A DNA stretch of 41,170 bases from Anaeramoeba ignava BMAN (taxonomy: Eukaryota; Protista; Anaeramoebae): contig JAPDFW010000020.1 of NCBI GenBank assembly GCA_028826165.1, positions 36,713 to 77,882 on the forward strand, in the 5' to 3' direction. Made by a program: the position numbers and the translations under genes. Shown one piece after another: positions 13,301 to 23,980 of the stretch; position 1 is the stretch's first letter, and each line of letters opens with the position of its first letter. The notes under the pieces are model-generated. The model did no database searches. It was not told where the DNA came from and saw only the letters and a program-made list of their open reading frames with translations.

Positions 13301-14966
13301 GAAAAGCATTTACCAACATTTCACCATTATTTGGTAAATTAGTTATTGCTTGTATTATTTTTTCAATTCCTTGAAGCTGAAAAATTTCAATTTTCATTTC
13401 TTTTTTTTTTTTTCAAATAAATTTTTGGAAAAGAATTTTTGGAAAAGAATTTTTTAAAAGAATTTACGATCATCAGAACCTATATTTCCTAAAGCACGAC
13501 AACAATGTTCTTGAATATCAGGATTATTTGGAAAATTGCTCATTGCTTTAATAATTAATTCAATTCCTTGAAGTTGATAAACTAATTTTTTATTTTCTTT
13601 TGAAAATTGGATTTTTTGTAAAATTTAATTTTTAAAATTGGAATATATTTTCTAAAAATACCACTATTATAAATAACAATATTAGCTATTGCACAAATAG
13701 CTTTTTCTTGAATATTTGGATTTTCTGGGTATTTTTCTATAGATTGGATTGCAGCTTCAACTCCTTTAAATTTATTAATTTCAACTCTACCTTCTAATTA
13801 TTTAAGCATAATAGTGATTTTGGAATAAAAAAAATAACTCGAATTGATAAATTTATAAAAGAAATGAGTTGAAATTACTTTCATCTAAAGCTATATTGAT
13901 CAAAATACACAAAATGTTATATAAGATTACTTGATTTTGAGGGAAATTTATTATTGCATCTAATATTGGTTTAATTCCTTCTAAATTTCGTATTTCATTT
14001 GCTTTTAATTCTCTAGTTACCATTTTTTTTTCTTTTTTGATTTTGTTTTTGATTTTGATTTTGATTTTGATTTTGATTTTGATTTTGATTTTGATTTTAA
14101 TTTTAATTTTAATTTTGATTTTAATTTTGATTTTGATTTTGATTTTGATTTTGATTTTGATATTGATTTTGATTTTAATTTTTGATTTTTATTTTAATTT
14201 TAATTTTAATTTTAATTTTAATTTTGATTTTGATTTTGATTTTGATTTTGATTTTGATTTTGATTTTGATTTTGATTTTGATTTTGATTTTGATTTTGAT
14301 TTTGATTTTTATTTTGATTTTGATTTTGATTTTGATTTTGATTTTGATTTTGATTTTGATTTTGATTTTAATTTTGATTTTCATTTTCATTTTGATTTTG
14401 ATTTTTATCAATTTAATTTAAATTCTAATTTCAAAATTTACTATCATTATCACCAACTAATTGCTTTAAAATTATTGATGATTTTTCTTGAATAATTTCA
14501 TTTTTTGGAAATTTGCTAATAATTTGTATCATTTTTTTTAAATCAAATGATTGATTATTTTTTTCGTCTTGAATTTTAAAAATTTTAAAAAAAGAAAAAA
14601 AAAATTTAATTTTTTTCCCATTTTAATTTTTAATTTAAATTTTTAATTTAAAATTATGCCTTGAGTAATTGGATCATTTTCTGTAAATTCTTTTAAAATA
14701 TTTTCTATTGTTTGTTCATCTTCTAAAATTTCTGTTTCATTTTCTTTTGTAATTTCCATTTCATTAGAATTTCTTTAAAAAAAAATTTTGAATTGAAAAA
14801 ATTTTGAATTGAAAAATAAAGAATTTTAAACTTACAATTTTTCTTTTTCATTTTCAATTTCATTTTCAATTTGATTTTCATTTTCATTTTCATTTTCATT
14901 TTCATTTTGATTTTCATTTTCATTTTCATTTTCATTTTGTTGTTGTTGTTGTCTTTTATTACTCAT
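10325..14966 (-). CDS. Diverged multi-exon armadillo-repeat protein (20 exons: 3 N-terminal, 16 one-repeat-per-exon, 1 C-cap)
   Basis: Manual splicing gives MSNKRQQQ...; repeats such as ENKKLVYQLQGIELIIKAMSNFPNNPDIQEHCCRALGNIGSDD; all repeat introns are phase-1 GT-AG; ends ...GKNLIQILKEK* (TGA 10327-10325). Confidence 0.85.
11260..11490 (+). repeat. Intronic 12-mer repeat (GAATTTAATTTT)n
   Basis: Directly visible within an ARM-gene intron. Confidence 0.9.
14037..14405 (+). repeat. Intronic (GATTTT/AATTTT)n microsatellite
   Basis: Directly visible; explains the spurious ILIL/IKIK/FDFD ORFs. Confidence 0.9.
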
Positions 14967-15356
14967 TTTATTTTATTTTTTATTTATATATTTTTATATT
15001 TTTATTTTTATTTTTAAAAAAAATTGAAAAAAAAAATGAAAAATTATTTTTCCGATTTTTTAATCCAAAAATTTGAAAGAATAAAAAAAAATAAAAATCT
15101 GTTTCATTTCCTCTTTTTTTTTTGGAGATTCAATATCAAAAAAAAACCAAAACAAAACATCAAAAAAAAAGAAAAAGAAAAAAAAAATCAAAGCTACATG
15201 AAAGTAAAAGTAAAAGTAAATTGAAGAGAAATGAATATAAAAAAAATAAGCTAATTTATGATTTGAATTAATTAATTAATTAATTGATTTAAAAAAAAGG
15301 GAATTAATTTGTTTTATTTTGTTTTTTCTTCTTTTTCTTCTTTTATCTGTTTTTTT

Positions 15357-18127
15357 TTAAATATTTCCCATTTCTTCAATTGATACTTGTTTTCCCATTT
15401 TATTAAGATATAAAATATGTAATTCTTGAACAATCATTTCACGTTCTTCAATATCTTTTGCAAGAAAAGAATAAATTGTACTCATTTTACTTTGTGAATT
15501 TTTCTTGAGAGCTGTATTATTAATTTGTATTCCAAATGCTCTTAAATTGTTTCTATAAAGTAAAACCTTTTCTAATCTTGAAAGTGGAATTGCCCACTTT
15601 TTAAAAATATTTTTATTTTTATTTATTTATATTTATATTTATTACTTTTTTGATTATTTTTTAAAAAAGAAATTTAATAACATACTCTAACTTTGCTTGG
15701 TTTCATATCTGAGAGTTTAACTCCAATATTAAAAACTCTTTCTGTAGACAAAACTAAACATCGAATTTGTTTCTTTTTTTTTCTATTAAATTTAGTTAAT
15801 AAAGCATGAACTTGATAAATTTCTGGTTCTGGGACATATTGTTCTTTTTTGGAATTAAATTTTATAAATAAATTTTATAAATAAATTTTATAAATAAATT
15901 TTATAAATAAATTTTATAAATAAATTTTATAAATAAATTTTATATAAATAAATTTCATAAATAAATTTCTTATAAATAAATTTCTTGTAAATAAATTTTA
16001 TATAAATAAATTTCTTGTAAATAAATTTCATATAAATAAATTTCTTGTAAATAAATTTTATATAAATAAATTTTATATAAATAAATTTCTTGTAAATAAA
16101 TTTCTTGTAAATAAATTTTATATAAATAAATTTCTTGTAAATTTTATAAATAAATTTCTTGTAAATAAATTTTATATAAATAAATTTCTTGTAAAATAAA
16201 TTTCCTTAAATAAATTTTATAAATAAATTTTATAATTAAATTTCTTATAAATAAATTTCTTGTAAAATAAATTTCTTGTAAATAAATTTTATAAATAAAT
16301 TTTATAAATAAATTTTATAATTAAATTTCTTGTAATCAAATTTCTTGTAATTAAATTTTGTAATTAAATTTTATAATTAAATTTCTTGTAAATAAATTTT
16401 ATAATTAAATTTCTTGTAATTAAATTTTATAAATAAATTTTATAAATAAATTTCTTGTAAATTTTATAAATAAATTTCTTGTAATTAAATTTCTTGTAAT
16501 TAGATTTTATAAATAAATTTCTTATAAATAAATTTCTTATAAATAAATTTCTTGTAAATAAATTTCTTGTAAATTTTATAAATAAATTTCTTGTAATTCT
16601 TGTAAATAAATTTCTTTGAAATTTTTGATTACTTTCAAAAAATTGTTGCCAAAAATCTCTTAAGGCTTCATAAAAACTATCGACCCATTCTGTTCTTTTT
16701 TCAGTACTTTCACAAAGATAAGATTGAACTTTCAAGTAAGAATTTATATCAGTTGCTGATTTTAAAAACTAATTAAAAAAAATTAAGATTGATATAAATC
16801 CTTTTATCCAAAAAAATAATTATATATAATTTTTCTTTAAAATACTCTTGATTTAGATTTTTTGTAAACAAAAAGTTGAAAAATATAAGATGATTCTGCA
16901 TCATTTTCAATGCTATGTATTGACCAAAGATCATTAAATTTAACTTTTGCAGTTTTAGGATCAATTTTTCCAAGTCTTTTATTTGTTAAAACCAAAATGA
17001 CTGGTTTATCCTCTTTTAAATTTCATTATAAATTTATTTTTGAATTTATTTTTAAATTTATTTTTGAATTTAGTTTCGAATTTAATTATGAATTTAATTT
17101 TGAATTTAATTATGAATTTATTTATGAATTTAGTTTTGAATTTAATTATAAATTTATTTATGAATTTATTTATGAATTTATTTATGAATTTATTTATGAA
17201 TTTATTTATGAATTTATTTATGAATTTATTTTTGAATTTATTTATGAATTTATTTATGAATTTAATTTTGAATTTATTTTTAAATTTATTTTTGAATTTA
17301 TTTATAAATTTATTTATGAATTTATTTTTGAATTTATTTTTGAATTTAGTTTTAAATTTATTTTTGAATTTATTTTTAAATTTATTTATAAATTTATTTT
17401 TGAATTTATTTTTGAATTTATTTTTAAATTTAGTTTTGAATTTATTTTTAAATTTATTTATAAATTTATTTTTGAATTTAGTTATGAATTTAGTTTTTGA
17501 ATTTAATTTTGAATTTAATTATGAATTTATTTTTGAATTTAATTATGAATTTATTTTTGAATTTATTTTTGAATTTATTTTTAAATTTATTTTTAAATTT
17601 ATTTATAAATTTATTTATAAATTTATTTATAAATTTAATTATGAATTTCATTATAAATTTATTTATAAATTTATTTTTGAATTTATTTTTGAATTTATTT
17701 TTGAATTTAATTATGAATTTATTTTTAAATTTAGTTATGAATTTAGTTTTGAATTTAGTTTTAAATTTAGTTTTAAATTTATTTTTGAATTTATTTATGA
17801 ATTTATTTTTAAATTTATTTATAAATTTAATTGTGGATTGCATTTAAAATTTGTAAATTGAATTTGAAATTTAAAATTTGAGATTTAAATTTGAATTTAA
17901 TTATTATTTTTAAAGTTAAATTTATTGTTATTTTTATTTTAGATTTGTCTTTTTTTTTTGAGGATTAACTTTTAACAGAAACTTTTTATATTTAAAAAAA
18001 AAATTTTATTCTTTTAAAATTTTAAATATATAAAGAATAAAAAAATACCTTTTGTTGGTTGAAATAAACGACCTTCATATTTAAGGGTTTCATCTTTTTC
18101 AAGATATTCTTGATATTTAACTTCCAT
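15357..18127 (-). CDS. 5-exon protein with two PH-like domains (second resembles the myosin-I TH1-type PH fold)
   Basis: Spliced reading MEVKYQEYLEKDETLKYEGRLFQPTK|EDKPVILVLTNKRLGKID...KKSKSR|FLKS...EKRTEWVDSFYEALRDFWQQFFE|KQY...LLTKFNRKKKKQIRCLVLSTERVFNI...KVR|WAIPLSRLEKV...EMGNI*; GT-AG introns with consistent phases. Confidence 0.75.
15858..16620 (+). repeat. Intronic 13-16-mer tandem repeat (ATAAATTTTATAA / ATAAATTTCTTGTAA)
   Basis: Directly visible; fills intron 3 of the PH-like gene. Confidence 0.9.
17015..17832 (+). repeat. Intronic 12-mer tandem repeat (GAATTTATTTAT/AAATTTATTTTT)
   Basis: Directly visible; fills intron 1 of the PH-like gene; source of spurious NLFL/EFIY ORFs. Confidence 0.9.
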
Positions 18128-18279
18128 TTTTTATAAAAAAATTTAAAAAATAAAATTTAAAAAAATAAAAGGAAAAAAAAAAATGAAAAAAAAATTGAAA
18201 AAAAAAATCATTTTTAATTTTTCTTTTTGTTGTTCTTTATTGAAAAAATTTTTTGCTTTTTTTATTATTTAAATTAGAA

Positions 18280-18311
<32 letters not shown>

Positions 18312-18516
18312 TTTTTTTTTATTGAGCTTAATTATCAAAGAATTTTGAAACTTTGAAGTGAAGAAAAATAAGTTTTTGAAAGTTAGAATTATGAAAAAGA
18401 TCAAATTATAATTTTGTTAGTTGAAAAAAAAAAAGTGGAAAAAAAAAAAAATTTTTTTCTTTTTGGAATTTTTTCCAAAAAAGAAAAAACAAAAGAAGAA
18501 AGTGAAAAAAATGTAT

Positions 18517-21500
18517 TTAAACTTTTTCATAAGTAGATTGCTTTCTTGATCTTTTTCCTTTGAAAGTAAAGACGAGGAAACCAGCAAGGAAACCGACACC
18601 AAGAGAGCCCAAAACACCAAAAGCATATCCAGCTCCATTACAACCTGGGCAACTTGAAGTAATAACTTCTTGATAACAAGATAATTTTGTGCTGAAGAAA
18701 ATTTCAACCCAATTTGGTGTGTGATCACTGTGAAATAATACATCTTCTAATCTTCCAGTCTCGTCAAGATCACAAAAGAAATCATATTTCATTGAAAAAT
18801 TTTGATGTCCAAGTCCATCTAATTGATAATAATCAAGTGAAATTCCATCTTCAAGTGAAAACATAGCTATATTTTTTCAAAAATTTTAATTTTAATATTA
18901 ATTTTAATTTTAATTTGAATTTTAATTTTAATTTTAATTTTAATTTTAATTTTATTTTTAATTTTGATTTTAATTTTAATTTTAATTTTAATTTTAATTT
19001 TATTTTTAATTTTGATTTTAATTTTAATTTTAATTATATTTTTAATTTTGATTTTAATTTTAATTTTAATTATATTTTTAATTTTAATTTTAATTTTAAT
19101 TTTAATTTTAATTTTAATTTTAATTTTAATTTTAATTTTAATAATTTTAATTTTAATTTTAATTTTAATAATTTTAATTTTAATTTTAATTTTTAATTTT
19201 AATTTTAATAATTTTAATTTTAATTTTAATTTTAAATTTAATTTAATTTTAATTTTAATTTTAATTTTAAATTTAATTTTAATTTTATTAATTTTAATTT
19301 TAATTTTAATTTTAATTTTTATTAATTTTTAATTTTAATTTTAATTTTAATTTTAATTTTAATTTTAATTTTAATTTTAATTTTAATTTTAATTTAAATT
19401 TTAATTTTAATTTTAATTTTATTTTTAATTTTAATTTTCATTTCAAATTAAAATTTTAAAAATTACATAAATTAATTTTAACGATTTAAATTTTAATTTT
19501 GACCCATTGGTATACAACTTCCATCAACACGAAACATCCATCCTGGATTTGTATTTATACCACAACAAGGACAATAAGCAGTAAAATCAGGAACATTAGC
19601 ACAAACATTAGTGATATATAAATTTCCCTCATATCCCATATGTGAATAAGGTTCATCACTATATTCCATTAAAATTTAAAAAAAATATTATTTATATTTA
19701 TATTTATATTTATATTTATATTTATATTTATATTTATATTTATATTTATATTTATATTTATATTTATATTTATATTTATATTTTTTTATTTATATTTATA
19801 TTTATATTTATATTTATATTTATATTTATATTTATATTTATATTTATATTTATATTTATATTTATATTTATATTTATTTATATTTATATTTATATTTATA
19901 TTTATATTTATATTTATATTTATATTTATATTTATTTTTTTTATTTTATATTTATATTTATATTTATATTTTGATTTATATTTATATTTATATTTATATT
20001 TATATTTATATTTTATTTATATTATATTTTATATTTATATTTATATTTATATTTATTTTATATTTATATTTATATTTATATTTATATTTATATTTTATGT
20101 TTATATTTTATATTTATATATTTATATTTATTTTATGTTTATTTATATTTATATTTATATTTATATTTATATTTATATTTATATTTATATTTATATTTAT
20201 ATTTATATTTATATTTAATTTATATTTATATTTATATTTATATTTATATTTATATTTATATTTTATTTATATTTATATTTATATTTATATTTAATTTTAT
20301 ATTTTATATTTATTTTATATTTTATATTTATATTTATATTTCATTTTTTATATTTATATTTATTTTTATTTATATTTTATTTATATTTATATTTATATTT
20401 ATATTTATATTTTATATTTATATTTATATTATATTTATATTTATATTTATATTTATAGTTTATATTTTATATTTTCATATTTTTTTATATTTTATATTTA
20501 TATTTTATATTTATATTTATATTTATATTTATATTTATATTTTATATTTATTTATATTTATATTTTTATTTATATTTATATTTATATTTATGTTTATATT
20601 TATATTTATATTTATAATTATATTTTATATTTATATTTTTATTTTTTTATGTTTATTTTATTTTATATTTTATATTTATATTTATATTTATATATTTATA
20701 TTTTATTTATGTTTATGTTTATGTTTTTATTTATTTATGTTATATTTTTATATTTTATTTTATATTTATATTTTATTTATATTTATATTTATATTTATGT
20801 TTATATTTATATTTATATTTATATTTATATTTATTTTATTTATATTTATATTGATATTTTATTTATATGTTTATATTTATATTTATATTTATATTTATGT
20901 TTTATTTATTTATTTTTTATATTTTTATTTTATATTTATATTTATATTTATATTTATATTTATATATGTTTTTATTTTATTTTTATATTTATATTTATAT
21001 TTATATTTATATTTATATTTATATTTATTTATTTTATATTTTATATTTATATTTATATTTATATTTATATTTATATTTATATTTATATTTATATTTATAT
21101 TTATATTTATATTTATATTTATTTTATATTTATATTTATATTTATATTTATATTTATATTTATATTTATATTTATATTTATATTATTTATTTCTATATTT
21201 ATATTAATATTTATATTTATATTATTTATTTCTATATTTATATTTATATTAATTATTTCTGTATTTATTTTTGATAATCAAATAGATTATTGAATTAATT
21301 TTATTCAATAATTGATTATTTTTTTATTTTTTATTTTTTTATTTAAATGAAAAAAAATTTTTTAGAAAGAGATTTACTATCTCATTAATTGAGAAAAATC
21401 ATAATAATGTGAACTACCGTTTTCATCCTCTAAAGTAACTGTGCAATACTGAGGAGCTAAAGTAAATATCTGTTGTGAAATAACAATAAGAACAAGTAAA

Positions 21501-21523
21501 ATTAAGCTTATTCGAAATCTCAT
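18517..21523 (-). CDS. Type I membrane protein with an MRH (mannose-6-phosphate receptor homology)/ATG27-like domain; 3 exons (~21523-21378, ~19658-19500, ~18866-18517)
   Basis: Signal peptide [21 protein letters not shown]; C...YYDFSQL; YITNVCANV; FFCD...FSTKLSC; [25 protein letters not shown]; tail ending in YxxPhi motif YEKV. The exon-2 donor position is uncertain. Confidence 0.7.
18885..19445 (+). repeat. Intronic (AATTTT)n microsatellite
   Basis: Directly visible. Confidence 0.9.
19688..21270 (+). repeat. ~1.6-kb intronic (TATATT)n microsatellite
   Basis: Directly visible; source of spurious [12 protein letters not shown] ORFs. Confidence 0.92.
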
Positions 21524-21867
21524 TTTAACTAAAACAATGAGGAAAAAAAAAATGAAAAAAAAAATTTAAATTAAAAAAAATTTTTTTTGTTTATTTTTTT
21601 TTTAATTTTTTTTTAATTTTTAATTTTGTTAGTTTAATTTAATTTAAAAAAAATTTGCTTTTGTTTTTTATTTGTTTTAATTAAAAAAATAAAAATTAGT
21701 AATTATTATTAAATATTTAATAATTTTTCTCCTTTTATTTTTTATTTTTTTTTTCTTCTTTTTTTTTTTTAACGTTTTTTTTTTAATTAACGAATAAATT
21801 TATCTTTTCTTCTTTTTTTTTTTTTTTTCATTTTTTTTCTTTTTTCTTTTTATTTACAAATTAAATT

Positions 21868-22407
21868 ATGACAAATATTTTATTTCCAAATTCAACAAAT
21901 TCAATATTTCATCAAGATCAAGAAAATCAAACATTATCTCGTTTTAATTCAAAAGATTTTTCACAAAAAAAGCAAATAAATTTATCAAAAAAAGAAAGAA
22001 AACCACTTGGAGATTTAACAAATCGGAAAAATCAAAATCAATTAAAAAAAGGAATTTCAAGAACAAAATCAATTCCAACTCAAAAACAAAAACCAAAAAC
22101 GAAATCAACAACAAAAACAATAACAAAAAAACAATCAAAAGTAAAAAAGAAAAAAATCCCAAATATTGAATATGCTCCTCCTTCAAATAACAACTTTAAT
22201 ATGAACGATTTCTTATTTTTTGCTTCGCCTTCAGAATCTTCTTTTAATTTTAATAACTCAATTTTGGAACTTGAAACCCCTTTTTTTAATTCAATTGATC
22301 AAAATCCAAAAAATGATGAAATCTCTTTTCCTAATTCTTTTGAAATTGAAGATACAAGTCAATTTGAAATGGCAGATTTTGTTGATTTAAATAATGGATT
22401 TATTTGA
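21868..22407 (+). CDS. Securin-like protein (APC/C substrate, putative separase inhibitor)
   Basis: 179 aa and disordered; KEN-like IFHQDQEN, D-box RKPLGDLTN, pseudosubstrate-like PNIEYAPP; basic N-half and acidic/Phe-rich C-half. Confidence 0.7.
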   Translation: MTNILFPNSTNSIFHQDQENQTLSRFNSKDFSQKKQINLSKKERKPLGDLTNRKNQNQLKKGISRTKSIPTQKQKPKTKSTTKTITKKQSKVKKKKIPNIEYAPPSNNNFNMNDFLFFASPSESSFNFNNSILELETPFFNSIDQNPKNDEISFPNSFEIEDTSQFEMADFVDLNNGFI

Positions 22408-22494
22408 TGAAATGAATTAATAAAATAAAATTAAAAATAATCAAAAAATTCTTTTTCTTCTTCTTTTGTTTTTTATTAATTTTTCTTCCATTTT

Positions 22495-22655
22495 TTTTTT
22501 AATGAAAAAAATAAATGCATTTGAATCTTTAAAAAAAAAATTCATTTCGTAAAATTTTGATTTATAAAATAATTCATCTAACTTTTGTAAATCCTCCAAA
22601 AATAGAATAATTTTTCTTTTTTTCAGTAAAATTTCTGGTTTTTGTTTTCTTTTTT
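22495..22655 (-). pseudogene. Degenerate TLDc-domain relic
   Basis: Minus strand reads ...NYSIFGGFTKVR* (cf. TLDc IFGGFTxxGW), then KDSNAFIF(fs)SLK (cf. DxxAFIFSL), with a stop and frameshifts. Confidence 0.6.
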
Positions 22656-23980
22656 AAATAAAATTAGATTTTATATATTAAGTAAAAAAGAATTGGGAAA
22701 AAAATTTTAATTATTTCTGTTCTTTTGATTTTCCTTCATTAAATTGTATTTTTTAAATAGTTCTTTTTTATAAAATTTAAAGTAAAATTAATTAAATTCT
22801 TCTTTCAACTTTTTACAAAAATTTAATTAATTTTAAAAAGATAAAATTATAAAAGATAAATATAAGAATAAATTTCATTTCTTTTTTTATGGAATGAATT
22901 CTTAAAATTTTTATTTGAGAAAACTTGAAAAAGAAATGGAAAAAAATGAAAAATTTATTTTAAAAAAAAAATTATTTTTCATTTTTTTTTTCATTTTTTT
23001 TTTTAAATGGAGAAAAAAATTCAAAATACTTTACAAAAATTGATCAAAAAACCAAAAAAACAAAGTAATAATTAAATTTAAAAAATAATAATTTTTTTTT
23101 TTCAATACAAATTTTTTTTAAACTTTGATTTTTTGAATTTTTTGAATTTTGGATTTGGTTTAAAATTTATTTAAGAGTGTATATTTTTCTTATTTAATTT
23201 TCATTCAAAAAAATTAAAATTAAAATAAAATTTCAATTTATTTAATTAAGAAAAGAAAAAAATTTAATAAGAAATCAAATTATGAAAATAAGATTATTTT
23301 TATTTTTTCAATTTCATCAAATTTTTTATTTTGATTTTACTTTATTAAAATTTATAATAAATCATTTAAATCCAAAAATAAAAAAAATTTTAATTTATGA
23401 GAAGAAAATGATTCAACATACACTCTTAAATGAATTTTAAACCAAATCCAATTTTAACAATAGAAGAAGTTATAAATTGGATGAATCAATTTCCAGAAAA
23501 TGAAAAATTACAAGAAAATTGTTGTATTGCTTTAAAAAAACTTGGAGAAGGTAATCAAAATAAAAAAAGGAAAAATGAATTTAATTTAAATTAAAAACAA
23601 ATATTAATAAATTTCAATAGGAGTTAAAGTTGAACGTAAAAAATTAGAAGAAATCAAAATGACAAAATTTAATGCAATTGAATCAATTATTCAAGCAATA
23701 AATAATTTTCCAAATAATGAAAAAATCCAAGAAGCAGCTATTTCAATTTTAAAAGATGTTGTTATTGATTCCAGTAAAAAAATCCCATTTAATATTCCTT
23801 ATAATTTTAAACTTATTTATATTATTCTTTTTAAAAAATCAAAAAGAAAATCGAATCAAAATTGTAGAATTAAATGGAATTGAATTAATTATTAAAGCAA
23901 TGAATAATTTTCCAAAAAATGAAAATATTCAATTAAGTGGATGCTTGGCATTATTAGATATTGGTGTTACTTCAGGTAAT
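22552..23980 (+). repeat. Segmental duplication copy 1 (upstream region plus 5' exons of ARM gene A); paralogous to ~33021-34430
   Basis: Near-identical sequence including the ~400-nt first intron. Confidence 0.9.

Noticed and set aside
14037-21293. Long ORFs of ILIL, FDFD, NLFL, YIYI type
   Set aside because: Stop-free readings of intronic microsatellites
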